From Octopus sinensis (Eukaryota): 64,000 bases of DNA. Both the position numbers and the translations under genes were made by a program. The stretch lies in the NCBI RefSeq assembly GCF_006345805.1, contig NC_043026.1:2976001-3040000 (forward strand). The letters are read 5' to 3'. Under the pieces are notes generated by a model that worked only from the letters and a program-made list of their open reading frames with translations, was not told the DNA's origin and made no database searches. Each line of letters opens with the position of its first letter. Position 1 is the first letter of the stretch. Positions 1 through 12,129 of this stretch are shown in pieces.

Positions 1-1982
1 GTGTCTCGCTGAACAACCTTCACGATTCTGCCCTCGCTGTGAGGGGTTTTCTCTTCGGGGAGCTTCTTCATGCTACGATTGTCCCCTGTAATAACAGTAT
101 TTCTTGTAACAGCAACAGGGTCCCAGTTGGGGATAGTTCGATAGTCCCTCGGGTTTGAGTTCAGGGAGGAGTTGTCGACTTGATTCGGAAATCTCTGCGT
201 TTTTTCTGTAGTAGAAAATCTTGGCAGACTACATTGCGTTTCACTTTTGCCAGTCTTAACTGTGGACCGGTCAGTGTTTGTATTTATGATTGTATTTGTA
301 TCTAGATCTGTGGTTGTGTGTGCATATGCTTTTGTGCATGCGGATGTAGATGTATCTTTGTTTGTGTTTGCTACGAGCTGAGGATTTTTTACTAATATAT
401 TACCGATGTTTTCTGGTCTGCCTAAAGACTCTTCGGTTATTTTTTCTGAAGAGTCTGTTATTCCTGGATAGGTTGGTCGGTCATCCAAAATATTCAGGTT
501 TTTAAATACTGGCTTGCTGTTTCCTTTCATGTCGTCTGTTGAACTGCAACCCGAGGCATTGTCCCAACGAACAATAGACTGAGGAAGCGAAGGCAGCGTA
601 GCAACACAGTTAACGACACTGGCGCTCTGAGGAGGAGAGGTTCGAGGGCGAAATACAGATAAGTGGTTGAGACCCGGATGCTGTGAGGGTTTTACAATGT
701 TGCACAATTGAGATTGGTGTTGTGTTTCTGGTGTAAAACTTCTGCATGTCTCATTACTAGTCCCGTGACTCAACACAAACGTCTCTTTGTAAGCTTCCAA
801 TTTATTTACTACAATGAGGTCGTCGTGTTGGTGCTTGTGATCGCGTTCATTTTTCTGGTGGCCTTCATAAGAAACTTGCAGCACATTATCTGGAAGATCA
901 GGGGTGGGAGTAGTGATATCGGTTTCACTTAAATGACACTTTCTCTGGAGCGTATCGACAGATGGTGAATATCTGTTGCTATAGTAATGGTGTGATTTGA
1001 GCGAACTGTCGTAAGTATTTTCATCATCACTACTCACAGTAATGCAAGATGAGTATGAATTTTGATAACCACACGCCTCGGCGTTACCTTCACTAAATGG
1101 CAGCTCACAAACTTCGTCCAAGTCGAGTTTAGAACCATCACAAGACTCGTGATCGAATCTGTTCTGGTTAGGTGTATTCTTCTTCGGTGAATCTTGCAAT
1201 TCCCTGTCTTTAGATCGATGAGTAACACTTGGCTGGTGTAGGAGCCTGTTACAATCTAAATCCTCGCAGGGTTTAACGTGACTTTGAAATATCTTAAACG
1301 GTGAGTTCAAAGTGGATGTAGGGGCATCGTCCCTATCATCCAAACTGCTTGTGACAAAACACGGAGCAAATTTTTGGAGCTGAGAATCTGGTGCCATTAT
1401 TTCGATTGAGTCCGGGCTTTTACCCTTGCACGTTTCAGAGTCATCCGATGAGTTCGGAATGTTAAAATCAACCCTGTTTGTCAGATTTGTAGAACCACAA
1501 GAAGAAAGGTCCCAAATATGTGGGATAGGTTCGTGAATAAAGTCAACGGCTGTCGGGGTATAATTAGGGTTCTGGCTTCTATTCTCCTCTTCTTCCTCCT
1601 CCCTATCAACAAGGTCCTCGTCACTATTCTGCCAAATGCTTTCTTGTGACTTGTAAAGACCCAAACAATCACGCAAGGCATTGTTGGTGTTAATTTTGTC
1701 ATCGATTTGACCCGATATCTGCCATTTGGCCCCGTCGGTCTGTGTCAGAAATTCCTTCGACATATACTGCTGGCTGCTGCAGTAAATTTCAGCGTCCCTC
1801 TGCGTTTCTGAGTATTTGCCTTTAGGAATAGTTTGCAGCATCCGACCGAGGTTGCTAGGATCCGCAAGTAAATCGTCATCGTTACCAAGTTCTGCAATCT
1901 CACCGTCGCTGTCGGCATCATTCACATTGTCCCAGTTGTCTTTTGTGTCTTGAAGACTTCTCTCAGTCGACGACGGCTTCAT
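1..1982 (-). CDS. Large first coding exon of an unidentified host gene; at least 660 aa, S/T/D/N/P-rich and probably disordered (MKPSSTERSLQDTKDNWDNVNDADSDGEIAELG...EGRIVKVVQRD); continues beyond the window
   Basis: Manual translation from ATG at 1982-1980 finds no stop down to position 1. There is an in-frame TGA 10 codons upstream, an A at -3, and non-repetitive sequence throughout. The ORF track misses it because there is no stop codon in the window. No domain recognised. Confidence 0.8.
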   Translation of the reverse strand, partial: MKPSSTERSLQDTKDNWDNVNDADSDGEIAELGNDDDLLADPSNLGRMLQTIPKGKYSETQRDAEIYCSSQQYMSKEFLTQTDGAKWQISGQIDDKINTNNALRDCLGLYKSQESIWQNSDEDLVDREEEEEENRSQNPNYTPTAVDFIHEPIPHIWDLSSCGSTNLTNRVDFNIPNSSDDSETCKGKSPDSIEIMAPDSQLQKFAPCFVTSSLDDRDDAPTSTLNSPFKIFQSHVKPCEDLDCNRLLHQPSVTHRSKDRELQDSPKKNTPNQNRFDHESCDGSKLDLDEVCELPFSEGNAEACGYQNSYSSCITVSSDDENTYDSSLKSHHYYSNRYSPSVDTLQRKCHLSETDITTPTPDLPDNVLQVSYEGHQKNERDHKHQHDDLIVVNKLEAYKETFVLSHGTSNETCRSFTPETQHQSQLCNIVKPSQHPGLNHLSVFRPRTSPPQSASVVNCVATLPSLPQSIVRWDNASGCSSTDDMKGNSKPVFKNLNILDDRPTYPGITDSSEKITEESLGRPENIGNILVKNPQLVANTNKDTSTSACTKAYAHTTTDLDTNTIINTNTDRSTVKTGKSETQCSLPRFSTTEKTQRFPNQVDNSSLNSNPRDYRTIPNWDPVAVTRNTVITGDNRSMKKLPEEKTPHSEGRIVKVVQRD

Positions 1983-2215
1983 TATCTCAATTAGCAAATT
2001 GTTAAGGAATCAACGTATTATATTTTTTGCCTTTCCTGATAGTTTTGGATTTTGCTCTTTTGTTCTTTGTTTGTTTGTTGTTTATTTTTCTTCTGTTGTT
2101 ATTGTATTTCGCTTCTTTCTATTATTTTCTCTCTCTCTCTCCCTCTCTCCCTCTCTCTCCCTCTCCAAGCAGTCAATACAATGAACAGTGAATGGGTTTC
2201 AAATCAGGCTTGAAT

Positions 2216-2270
2216 CTAGATTAAAAGAAAAAAAAGGAAATACGTTTAAAAACGAACGACAAGTCAGCAA
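2216..2270 (-). promoter_or_regulatory. 3' splice acceptor for the exon starting at 2215 (233-nt ATG-free 5' UTR precedes the ATG)
   Basis: Minus strand reads gctgac (branch-point-like) ... tttccttttttttcttttaatctAG|attcaag. Confidence 0.65.
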
Positions 2271-2398
2271 CAACAACAACAGCAACAACAACAAGTAATG
2301 TCCTGGCTGTGATTTGAAAGCTGATTTTGACCCAAATGTGTGGCGCCTTGGACAAGTGTCTTCTAATATAGGTTCGGGTTGAGTAACGAGTGGAATTT

Positions 2399-2438
<40 letters not shown>

Positions 2439-2910
2439 TACATACACACATACATACATACACATACATACATACATTCATACATACATACATACACACA
2501 CACATACACACACACATACATACACACACACATACACACACACGCGCATATATACATACTTACATGCACACACACACATACATACATACATACATACACA
2601 CACACATACATACACATACATATATACATTCATACATACATACACACACATACACACACACATACATACACACACATACACACACACACACGCATATATA
2701 CATACTTACATGCACACACACACACATACATACACACACACATACATGCATACACACACATACATACATACATACACACATACACACACACACATATATA
2801 TATACACATATACATGTATGTACATATATATATTTATATATATATATGTATTTATATATATGTTTATGTGTGTATGTATGTATGTATGTATGTATGTATA
2901 TGTGTGTGTA
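2399..2910. repeat. Compound (CA)n/(CATA)n/(TA)n/(TATG)n microsatellite
   Basis: Seen directly in sequence. Confidence 0.95.
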
Positions 2911-3955
2911 TCTCTCTATATATAAAACTGAGAATGTGTGTCTATCTGTCTGTGTGTTTCCCTAAAACTTGAGAACTACACAACCAATTTCATTCAAATT
3001 TTACACATGCCTTACTTAGGGTCCATGTAGTTTCATGGGCAAAAAAAATGTTCAACTTCTTGCCTACAGCGAGCCCATAGCAATATCATATCTTCTCCAC
3101 TATTTCAGTATTATGTGTTAAAAGTGAAACAAAAACATTTCTCTATTTTATGTCAGATACTTTCACTTTAACAATAAAAATTAGAGATAATAATAACAAT
3201 TGAATTATATGTAGTAAGTAATAATTAAAATCAAACTAAAGTATAATATAATCGTAACATAACAAAAGTAAAAATAGCAATTGGTATAAAATTGCATCAA
3301 TGACTTGAACTTGAATAAGTGGTTTCACATGAATGGGAATAAATTAAAAATAAAATTAGCATGCAGAAATGGAATAGTCCAGATGGATAATAAAAAATTA
3401 AATTAAAGAAAAGCCTATTGTCTATAAAGTATACAATGTAGAGAAAAAAGATTTGAACACCTGGAGTAAAGCACCATTGAAAAGTGTCTTGGTGCAACTA
3501 TGAAAGATATCAAGTATCTAACCAGAGGCGGTAAATTTGCCACAATTGAAGCAAGGTTCGAGTCAACGGAGCGTGCAAGGAAGTAATCGACTCGAACCTT
3601 GTAAAGTGGAAATATTTTATTTTTACCCTTATATCTGGGATGTAGGACTTCCCGGAAAAAAATTTAAAATGTCCCCCCCCACCAGAAGTAGAGGTAGGCT
3701 GGATTGTAGCCACACTTCTATACAAGAGGTAGGACAAGATACAATTGATCAAAATTGCAAGAGACGGGCCTACAATTCCAGTCTGTTATATATTTTGAGT
3801 ATTGTTATTACTAGCGATATCAAGATATAACTTTGTATTTTGTATTTTATGTGTAGATGTATATATATAAATGTACTTGTAATATGTACACATATATATA
3901 CACATATATACATGCACTAGCACTATGACCCGGCAACGACGGGTCATAATGCTAG
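2911..3955 (+). mobile_element. Non-autonomous Helitron
   Basis: 5' a|TCTCTCTATATATAAAACT. 3' GC-rich hairpin atgacccg-gcaacga-cgggtcat followed by CTAG|t (3952-3955). Inserted at an A/T site with no TSD. Confidence 0.75.
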
Positions 3956-3999
3956 TATATATATATAATAAGTGAGAACTTGCTAGAAGGCCTCCAGGA

Positions 4000-4975
4000 A
4001 AGCAAAATGATCCACATTACATGATGCTTTGGGGATACACAAAAATTGATGGTTCGAGAAAGTTAGTTAAAATTGACGATAACTTGAACAATGCCAAATA
4101 CATTCAGTTGCTGAAGGACAATTTGATACAAGACTTGGATGAAGGTGAGATTTTTCAGCATGACAGAGGTCTGTGCCACAGATTATGTTCAACACTACAG
4201 AGTCTGGCTGATGAAGGTGTTACCGTTATTTAAAGATTGTCCAGCTCAGAGCCCTGACATCATCGAGCAAATGTGGACAGAACAGAAGAGAAGTGTTTGT
4301 CAGAAGAATCCATGCAATCTTGAAGAGTTGTGGGAGATCAGCCACAGAGAATGGCATCTCATACCTGTGAAGATGGTGAAGGATTTGTACACATCTCTTC
4401 TCAGGTACATTGAAGCAATTTTTCAAGCTAAAGGAAGCCACACGAGATACTCTCTTAACTCTTTTACTCTTTTACTTGTTTCAGTCATTTGACTGCGGCC
4501 ATGCTGGAGCACCACCTTTAGTCAAGCAAATCGACCCCGGGACTTATTCTTTGTAAGCCTAGTACTTATTCTATCGGTCTCTTTTGCCGAACCACTAAGT
4601 GACGGGGACGTAAAATCACCAGCATCGGTTGTCAAGCAATGCTAGGGGGACAAACACAGACACACAAACACACACATACACATATATATATATACATATA
4701 TATGACGGGCTTCTTTCAGTTTCCGTCTACCAAATCCACTCACAAGGCATTGGTCGGCCCGGGGCTATAGCAGAAGACACTTGCCCAAGATGCCACGCAG
4801 TGGGACTGAACCCGGAACCATGTGGTTGGTAAGCAAGCTACAAGATATTAACAATGTTCAGTAAATTTCTGAAATGAACATTATGCAATAAATTTTCATT
4901 ATAGACATTTTTCTGTTTTCAAACACTGTATCTTGATTGGTTTCTGTGAGGTGGCTGAAAACTTTTGCATGACCG
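4000..4975 (+). mobile_element. Tc1-family transposase 3' remnant, interrupted by a SINE
   Basis: MLWG...KYIQLL...IFQHD...AQSPDIIEQMW...LEELWE...AIFQAKGSHTRY matches the Tc1 DD34E C-terminal half. Frameshifted; TIR-like aaaacttttgca near 4960. Confidence 0.75.
4451..4841 (-). mobile_element. tRNA-derived SINE, family A
   Basis: Reverse complement of the family A copy at 6346; lacks the extreme 5' end. Confidence 0.9.
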
Positions 4976-5188
4976 TTTTTGGTGGTCGTCTCGCATCTTC
5001 GCCTCTCATTCAGAACCCCGACTACAAAATATAAGGATTAGGTATGGAAATGACTCCAACAGGGCCAATGTTTCTTCTGTAAAAAACACAATGTGAAACA
5101 TCGACTTATAGGTTGGCAATTGGTAGAAATTTACACGAGTTTAAAGTAGATGAAGACTTTTGCATGTTACTGTATATCTATCTAATTA

Positions 5189-5236
<48 letters not shown>

Positions 5237-5239
<3 letters not shown>

Positions 5240-5483
5240 GTAAAAAGCACCATCCGTTCGTGGCCGTTGCCAGCCTCGCCTGGCCCCCGTGCCGGTGGCA
5301 CGTAAAAAGCACCCAGTACACTCACGGAGTGGTTGGTGTTAGGAAGGGCATCCAGCCGTAGAAACATTGCCAGATCAGACTGGGCCTGGTGTAGTCTTCT
5401 GGCTTCACAGACCCCAGGTGAACCATCCAACCCATGCTAGCATGGAGAACGGACGCTAAATGATGATGATGATGATGATGATG

Positions 5484-5485
<2 letters not shown>
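5237..5485 (+). mobile_element. SINE family B 3' part with (GAT)n tail
   Basis: ggcacgtaaaaagcacc...ttaggaagggcatccagc...ccaacccatgctagcatgga...(gat)n; repeated many times in the window. Confidence 0.8.
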
Positions 5486-5514
<29 letters not shown>

Positions 5515-5565
5515 CATAGGTAGATAGATAGATAAATAGATAGACAGATAGACAGATAGATAGAC

Positions 5566-5606
<41 letters not shown>

Positions 5607-5677
5607 CACCGATAGATAGATAGATAGACAGACAGATAGATAGATAGATAGATAGACAGACAGATAGACAGACAGAC

Positions 5678-5732
<55 letters not shown>

Positions 5733-5785
5733 TAGATAGACAGACAGATAGATAGACAGACAGACAGATAGAAAGATAGATATCA
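5486..5785. repeat. (TA)n plus (GATA/GACA)n microsatellite
   Basis: Seen directly in sequence. Confidence 0.95.
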
Positions 5786-6345
5786 ATTAATATCAAAAAT
5801 GACAAAAGAATTATAATAAATGAAGTGATGCATTAATATTCGTTAAACGGTATGAGTCGTCATAAGGTGGTGTCTTCCCTCAGCTTCCCTGGTCCCACGC
5901 CGCTACTTCAGGCCTCCAGTCTCGACTCCAGTCTTGAACAGATTGAACAAATTTAGATATTTACGTTTCTTCAAACTGACATTTCCCTCAAGGGGGGTAA
6001 CTCTTCTATGTTTGTGGGGAATTATCGCCCCTTAGCTGTCGTCGCTTGTAAATTTGAACCAAAATAACGGTAAAGGTGAAAATTGAGGAAGAGCAATTAA
6101 CTGAAGAGGAATTAAGAGAAATTAATACATCTAAGTAGAACGGTTATGTGAGTGTTAGAAGAAGAATATAGGCTGGAGGGATGAGGAAAGCAAAGTGGGT
6201 GGAATAACATGATTTAGGACAATTATATTGAAGATTGTTTATGTTGCAGAAGACAAACAATAAACATAGACAATGCAACAAAATCCACCATTATTGACCT
6301 GCCAGGTGACAGGATAACGAATTGATTCAGGGTAAGTAATCAATA

Positions 6346-6757
6346 GGCGTAGGAGTGGCTGTGTGGTAAGTAGCTTGTTTACCAACCACATGGTTCTGGG
6401 TTCAGTCCCATTGCGTGGCACCTTGGGCAAGTATCTTCTACTATAGCCTCGGGCCGACCAATGCCTTGTGAGTGGATTTGGTAGACGGAAACTGAAAGAA
6501 GCCCGTCGTATATATGTGTATATGTATGTGTGTGTGTGTTTGCGTGTCTGTGTTTGTCCCCCCACCATTGCTTGATAACCGATGCTGGTGTGTTTACGTC
6601 CCCATTACTTAGCTGTTGGGCGAAAGAGACCGATAGAATAAGTACTGGGCTTACAAAAGAATAAGTCCTGGGGTCGAGTTGCTCGATTAAAGGCGGTGCT
6701 CCAGCATGGCCGCAGTCAAATGACTGAAACAAGTAAAAGAGTAAAGAGTAAGAGTAA
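6346..6757 (+). mobile_element. tRNA-derived SINE, family A, full length
   Basis: Pol III A-box-like tggctgtgtgg and B-box-like ggttcagtcc, then ccttgggcaagt (CORE-like), a central TA/TG microsatellite, a 3' stem-loop and an (agtaaaag)n tail. Confidence 0.9.
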
Positions 6758-7222
6758 ATGTCAATCATCATTTCCCTGTTTCAGTCCATGGACAGCAACA
6801 GTCAATGTCTGTCAATGTCTTGGTTCCATTTCGTCTTCCAGACTCCCTCTTTCCTCATCCATCTAGATTATTTTACTTCCCATATACAACCCTCTCCTCA
6901 TATAACTACAAGTACAAAGTGTCTGTGGAATACTCAACCAGCACTCACTGTAACCACTGGAGCAAGCTGCCTGTGTGCAGAGCTCTTGCTAGCCCCTCCC
7001 AGTTACTTACAACCACTGCTGTCACATTTACTACATCCTTTCAAGGTTCCCCACTTCTGTGAGTAACGCAGTAACACAGTTGGCACTGACCCTCACCACC
7101 AGACTGCCTCTTGGGCCGCCAAGCCAAATACCAAGTGGCGTACAAGAGTGCACCGAACATGGTCAATGACAAGGCTACCCCACTGTAGCACCTTGCTTGT
7201 TGACACTCAAACTGTTGTCAGT

Positions 7223-7410
7223 CACTAGCATAGCTAGAGGTGGGGCAGAGGTGGCACCATCTTTGGGTCTGCTGTATACAATATGTATTCTTTGTGGTGG
7301 CCCAGGGGTGACACCATTTTTGTGCTTGCTGTAGGCAATATGTATTTTTGTGGGGTCCTGGGGCAGCAAATCGAAGGGCCACCCTGGGTGGCACACACTC
7401 TAACTACACT
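7223..7410. mobile_element. Possible degenerate MITE
   Basis: Imperfect terminal inverted match (agcatagctagag / ctctaactacact) and an internal duplicated unit of about 60 bp. Confidence 0.35.
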
Positions 7411-8569
7411 TGTGCTGATGGTACAGGTCTTCTGTTTGACCATAATAACCTTCAAGCCATTGGTCCAGTGACCCCTCTGCTTTGTTAGTCATCCAATGTC
7501 CTGCTGCATGCATCTTCACCACACCCCTGGCACAGGAGAGCAAAGGGTTTACCAGCACTTACCCATGGTGCCTATGGATGGAAAGAATGACTTACTCTCC
7601 CTTTTACAGCCTTAATAGCACATTAATACAATAAGTGGATAGTTCTGTTAATTAGAACAACAGGAACCCATCCTTTGAAAACATTCCCTTTTTACAGTAG
7701 GGACAGATATGAAGATGTTCTGTCATGTAGAGCAAGGGACCCCAGCCATTGAGCAGCTGTGGAACATTTGGTACTGGGCCACACAGAAGGGGAAATTTCA
7801 GCTTTATTTCTATTCTATTGACTATTGCAATCAATATCCTTTCTCAATAAGGTAAGGATTTCCACTATTATCATCATCCTGCTGTTCTTCATTCTTCTCC
7901 AGGCATCACTTCCTCTCCTACCTTCCCTCCATCAACTACCCCACCACCCATGTTCTCAATTCATTACATTCACTCTCACCCTATCATTCTCCTGAAACAC
8001 CTCCTTCCCACTTTTCTGCCCTCACACTTTCTTCTTTTCCTCTGAAGGTCCTCTCTTAGCATCTTGTCACCACTATCTTTATTGCTCTTTTCAGCTCCCC
8101 TCCAGTAGCTCACATATAAGGTAGGGTGGCCATGTACCACCTCTGCAACATCAGATCTGTTCCTTTCCTATCACACTTTAAACCAGTGTGATAGGAGTTC
8201 CGAGACTTTTTTCTCTGGCTTGCATTTTCAGAATGAAAATTTGCTTGTGCCTCACCAAAGGTCCAAGGAGTTAAAGAGCAATAACCATGGATTTCCTCTA
8301 ATTTGTGGACCCTAATTACTATACTCTTAATTCTTGATATAATGCAAAAATATTACAATGATAAAATCAGTCAATAATTGTTTATAACTATTTGTACTGA
8401 GTCTCATGCATGCAATTATAAGTAATCTATAATATTTTAAATTTCGAAATCCTTTCTATTTTTGGCATATGAATTTTTTGAAACTGTTTCTAAATATTTG
8501 TCTTTCAATCATTTTGCCTCACCTGCTTTCCTCTTCCACCACACCTGTGAGGCAGGCCACACTATTTAG

Positions 8570-9955
8570 GATCCACTGGCTTAATGGATACAAAATGCCG
8601 ATTTTGCAACAAACTAATAATGTTCGTGGCAAAGGGCTCTGCAAGAACATCGGCCGATCCTGATTTTGGTATTTGCTGAACATCTGGTTTAATCTGTATT
8701 CCAGAAGTATCACATTTATCTGATAAGCTACATCAATTGTACATACTTGATTCACCAGAAGCAAAATATTTCAGAAAACACATTCAAATGTTCAACAGTG
8801 CTACGGCTATGTGCAGCATGAAAATAAATAATACTACAATTGCTTGAGGCCTTCCTACTTCCAGAATTCGCAGAACAGTTTATAGATTTTTTGGAGTACC
8901 AAGAAATGCTGTTACAGATGCGTCATTCTGTCTGCAAACTTACAATCCTGAAGACAAATTCAACAGTGGATGCAGATAATAGAAGAGGAAAATATTGATG
9001 TTGTTCTTTTGCATAGATTCTAATTCTGCTACAGTTTCAGTTAACAACACTTATTTACAATCATTCCTGTTTGGCACAACATCAGAAAATATTTCTATTG
9101 GATGCTGACAAAAAGCCAGATGGAAAACACTCCAGAAAGATTGTCCACATCCAGTGAGGTTGCTGTATTGATATCAAGTAATGATGAAGAAACTCATTAG
9201 GCTGGTAGACTATTGGTAAGCAAGTTTCAATTGGAGAACAATCAGCAAAGCCTTCAAATAGTAGCAACTCTCGTTGAGCCAATTATGCCATGATGTATCC
9301 ATAGCTTTCTTGGTGGCTTAGATGGACAGCATCACAATATACTAAAACAAAGAGACAATAGAAAAGTTATGTCTTTAACCTATCCCACCTCCCACTTGTC
9401 CTCTCTCTCTCTCTCTCTCCCTCTCTCACTCACTCACTGCTGTAATAGCAAGTCCAACAAGCAACAACCATTTTAACTTTATTCTTTTCAGATAACAAAG
9501 AAAGCTGAATCAGATAATATATTGCATCATAGACATCGTCTATTCCGTCAATTTTGTGTAGACTAATGGACCAAGGTCCAAGGTTGCTCAGTTGCAGTAT
9601 ATCAGAAAGAATCAACAGGCCCTATGAGCAGGCCTGTATAATGCAATCATTGCAGGTGATACTGGTCAGACTGGAATTAATATGTCCTCCCAAACCCATC
9701 AGTGAGCTGTCCAAGATCTATGGCAGAACACAACTATGATGTAATGGCTATCATCATAAAATTTGGAAAACTAACATTATTTGTGATATTTAGCTTCAAT
9801 GGGAAGAAATTTCAAGAGACCTCCATGCTAATCAAACTACCACAGATAATTGTGATGAGTTTTCAAACTGAAGCAGTAACAACTTCTACAAAATATCAAA
9901 TCTCGTGCTTTGAGAAAATTATGGTCCATATGAATACAACTGGATTTCAGGAAAC
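8570..9955 (+). mobile_element. Degenerate Helitron Rep coding remnant
   Basis: MDTKCRFC...GIC*TSGLICIP...AKYFRKHIQMFNSATAMCS (Helitron N-terminal Zn region). QLQYIRKNQQAL*AGLY. PRSMAEHNYDVMAIIIKFGKLTLFVIF...QWEEI resembles the Rep motif GSPRYM..Y.DAMAI...GKPDLFITFTCNP.W.EI. Many stops and frameshifts. Confidence 0.8.
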
Positions 9956-11469
9956 AGATTCATGACATCCATTTTTTTTTATTCTTCCGTGGCCGACTTT
10001 GCCTTTCATCCTTTCAGTGCTCCTAAAATGAGTACCAGCTCTACATTGGGGTTGATGCAATTGATTTACCTCATCCCCTGAATTTGGTGGCCTTGTGCCA
10101 AAATTTTCAGTCAATGATACAAAACAATTCCAACACAAAAATTCAACCTGTTTTATGTCCAAAACAGCCAGATCTGACCTCTGACACCTATCCTACAATG
10201 TCATTCTAAAACTAAACAATTACATTATTGAAATCTCAAAGTATCAACTAATGGCATAATTAATTCTAAATGAAGTGAATAGATAAGCATTACATTCGAC
10301 AGAGTAATCTGAATACTAAAGAGCTAAAGAGGTGCAGATTGTGTCTTCTGAGTCCACTGTTCACACATAGACAATTATATGTTGTTATCAGCAGAGGTGG
10401 AGATCTAACAACAAACCTGAGAATATTTGAGGATCAAAGAGCATTCAGCTGTGCAGCCGAGAACACATCATAAGGATGGATATAGAACATTCACTAAGTG
10501 GATTGTTTATAGAGAAATCATCTAAGTAAATACAATTAGAGTAGACTGTATATACTTAGTTTGCAGATATCTTTTATCTTTTAATTGTTTCAGTCAGTTG
10601 AACGTGGCCATGCTGGGGCACCACCTTGAACAAACTGACTCCAGGACTCATTTTTTTAAAGCCTGGTGCCTATTTTATCAGTTCTTTTGACAAACTGCTA
10701 AGTTACAAGGACATAAACTCACTAACACTGGTTGTCAAGCAATGGTAGGGAAGAAACACTGGCATAAAGACAGACAGACAGATACACACACACACACACA
10801 CACACATATTTTGCCATGCGTCTGATCTCTGCTGCTGATCGGAAGGAAAGGAACTCAATTTAGGTAAACAAGGTCATGTGCAAGCAATGAGAGCAAAGGA
10901 GGAAGAGTGAGGGAGAGAGAGGAACAGAAAGAGAACGACGAAGGGGTCTGTCCTTCTCTCTCCCTCACTCTTCTTCCTTTGCTCTCTCGTTGCTCGCATG
11001 TGACCATCGGCCATCCTTCTTTTCCTAACTTGAGTTTCTTTCTTTCTATCCAATCAGCAGCAGAGACCAGATGCATTCTTGCCTGTCCCCTGTCAAAGCT
11101 TGTTCCTCCAGCTTTTGCCACCTCACCTCATTAAGGCTTAGCAGCTCTTTCTGTTTGTTTCACTGTCCTGTTTTTGTTACCAATGCCAAATTTTACATTT
11201 TTTGCTTTGCAGGAGCAAATGTTTTGGTGAAATCATATCTTGTCATGAATTGCTCAAAATACCAAGTAGAAAAACAGCTAACAATTGATGAAGGGTCGTT
11301 CTTTATATTGCTTGTCTTATTTTTCTATTTGTTTCTTTTGTTGTTTGCAAAAAATGTTTGTATTTCATATTGTTTACATTCTATGACGTCCTGTACCCAC
11401 ATATGCATATATATACATATATATGTAAGTATTGACATATATGTTATGTATATATGAATATATATTATA

Positions 11470-11504
<35 letters not shown>

Positions 11505-11749
11505 TATTTATATTATTATGTGATTGAACACCATGCATCCATTTCCAAGTAAGTTTTACCTATATATACATATATGTATATATATATATATATATATACA
11601 CAACACATACATATACATATATATATATATATTATATATATAATTATATATATATATATATATAACACACACCATATATATATTTATATCATTATTTAAT
11701 TGAACACCATGCATCCATTTTGAAGTAAGTTTATATATATGTATACATA

Positions 11750-12126
11750 GGCGCAGGAGGGTGGCTGTGTGATAAGTAGCTTGCTAACCAACCACACGGT
11801 TGCGGGTTCAGTCCCACTGCGTGGCATCTTGGGCAAGTGTCTTCTGCTATAGCCTCGGGCCGACCAATGCCTTGTGAGTGGATTTGGTAGACGGAAACTG
11901 AAAGAAGCCTGTCGTATATATGTATATATATGTATATGTGTGTGTGTTTGTGTGTCTGTGTTTGTCCCCCTAGCATTGCTTGACAACCGATGCTGGTGTG
12001 TTTACGTCCCCGTCACTTAGCGGTTCGGCAAAAAGAGACCGATAGAATAAGTACTAAAAGGTGGTGCTCCAGCATGGCTGCAGTCAAATGACTGAAACAA
12101 GTAAAAGAGTAAAAGAGTAAAAGAGT
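11750..12126 (+). mobile_element. SINE family A (internal deletion near 3' end)
   Basis: Matches the 6346 copy; gtatac occurs on both flanks. Confidence 0.9.
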
Positions 12127-12129
12127 ATA

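Noticed and set aside
2199-2972. Many ORFs of the MYVCM / HTHT / IYIY type here and throughout the window
   Set aside because: Translations of CA, TA and CATA microsatellites, which lack stop codons by composition.
4629-4832. Recurrent ORF ending CPRCHAVGLNPEPCGW that looks like a gene family with a Zn motif
   Set aside because: Antisense translation of the SINE A tRNA-derived head, with variable frames among copies.
6346-6420. tRNA-like A/B boxes
   Set aside because: SINE heads with no complete cloverleaf, so not tRNA genes.
7652-7834. ORF containing HICPYCKKG
   Set aside because: At most a decayed LINE ORF1 or zinc-knuckle remnant; too degenerate to call.
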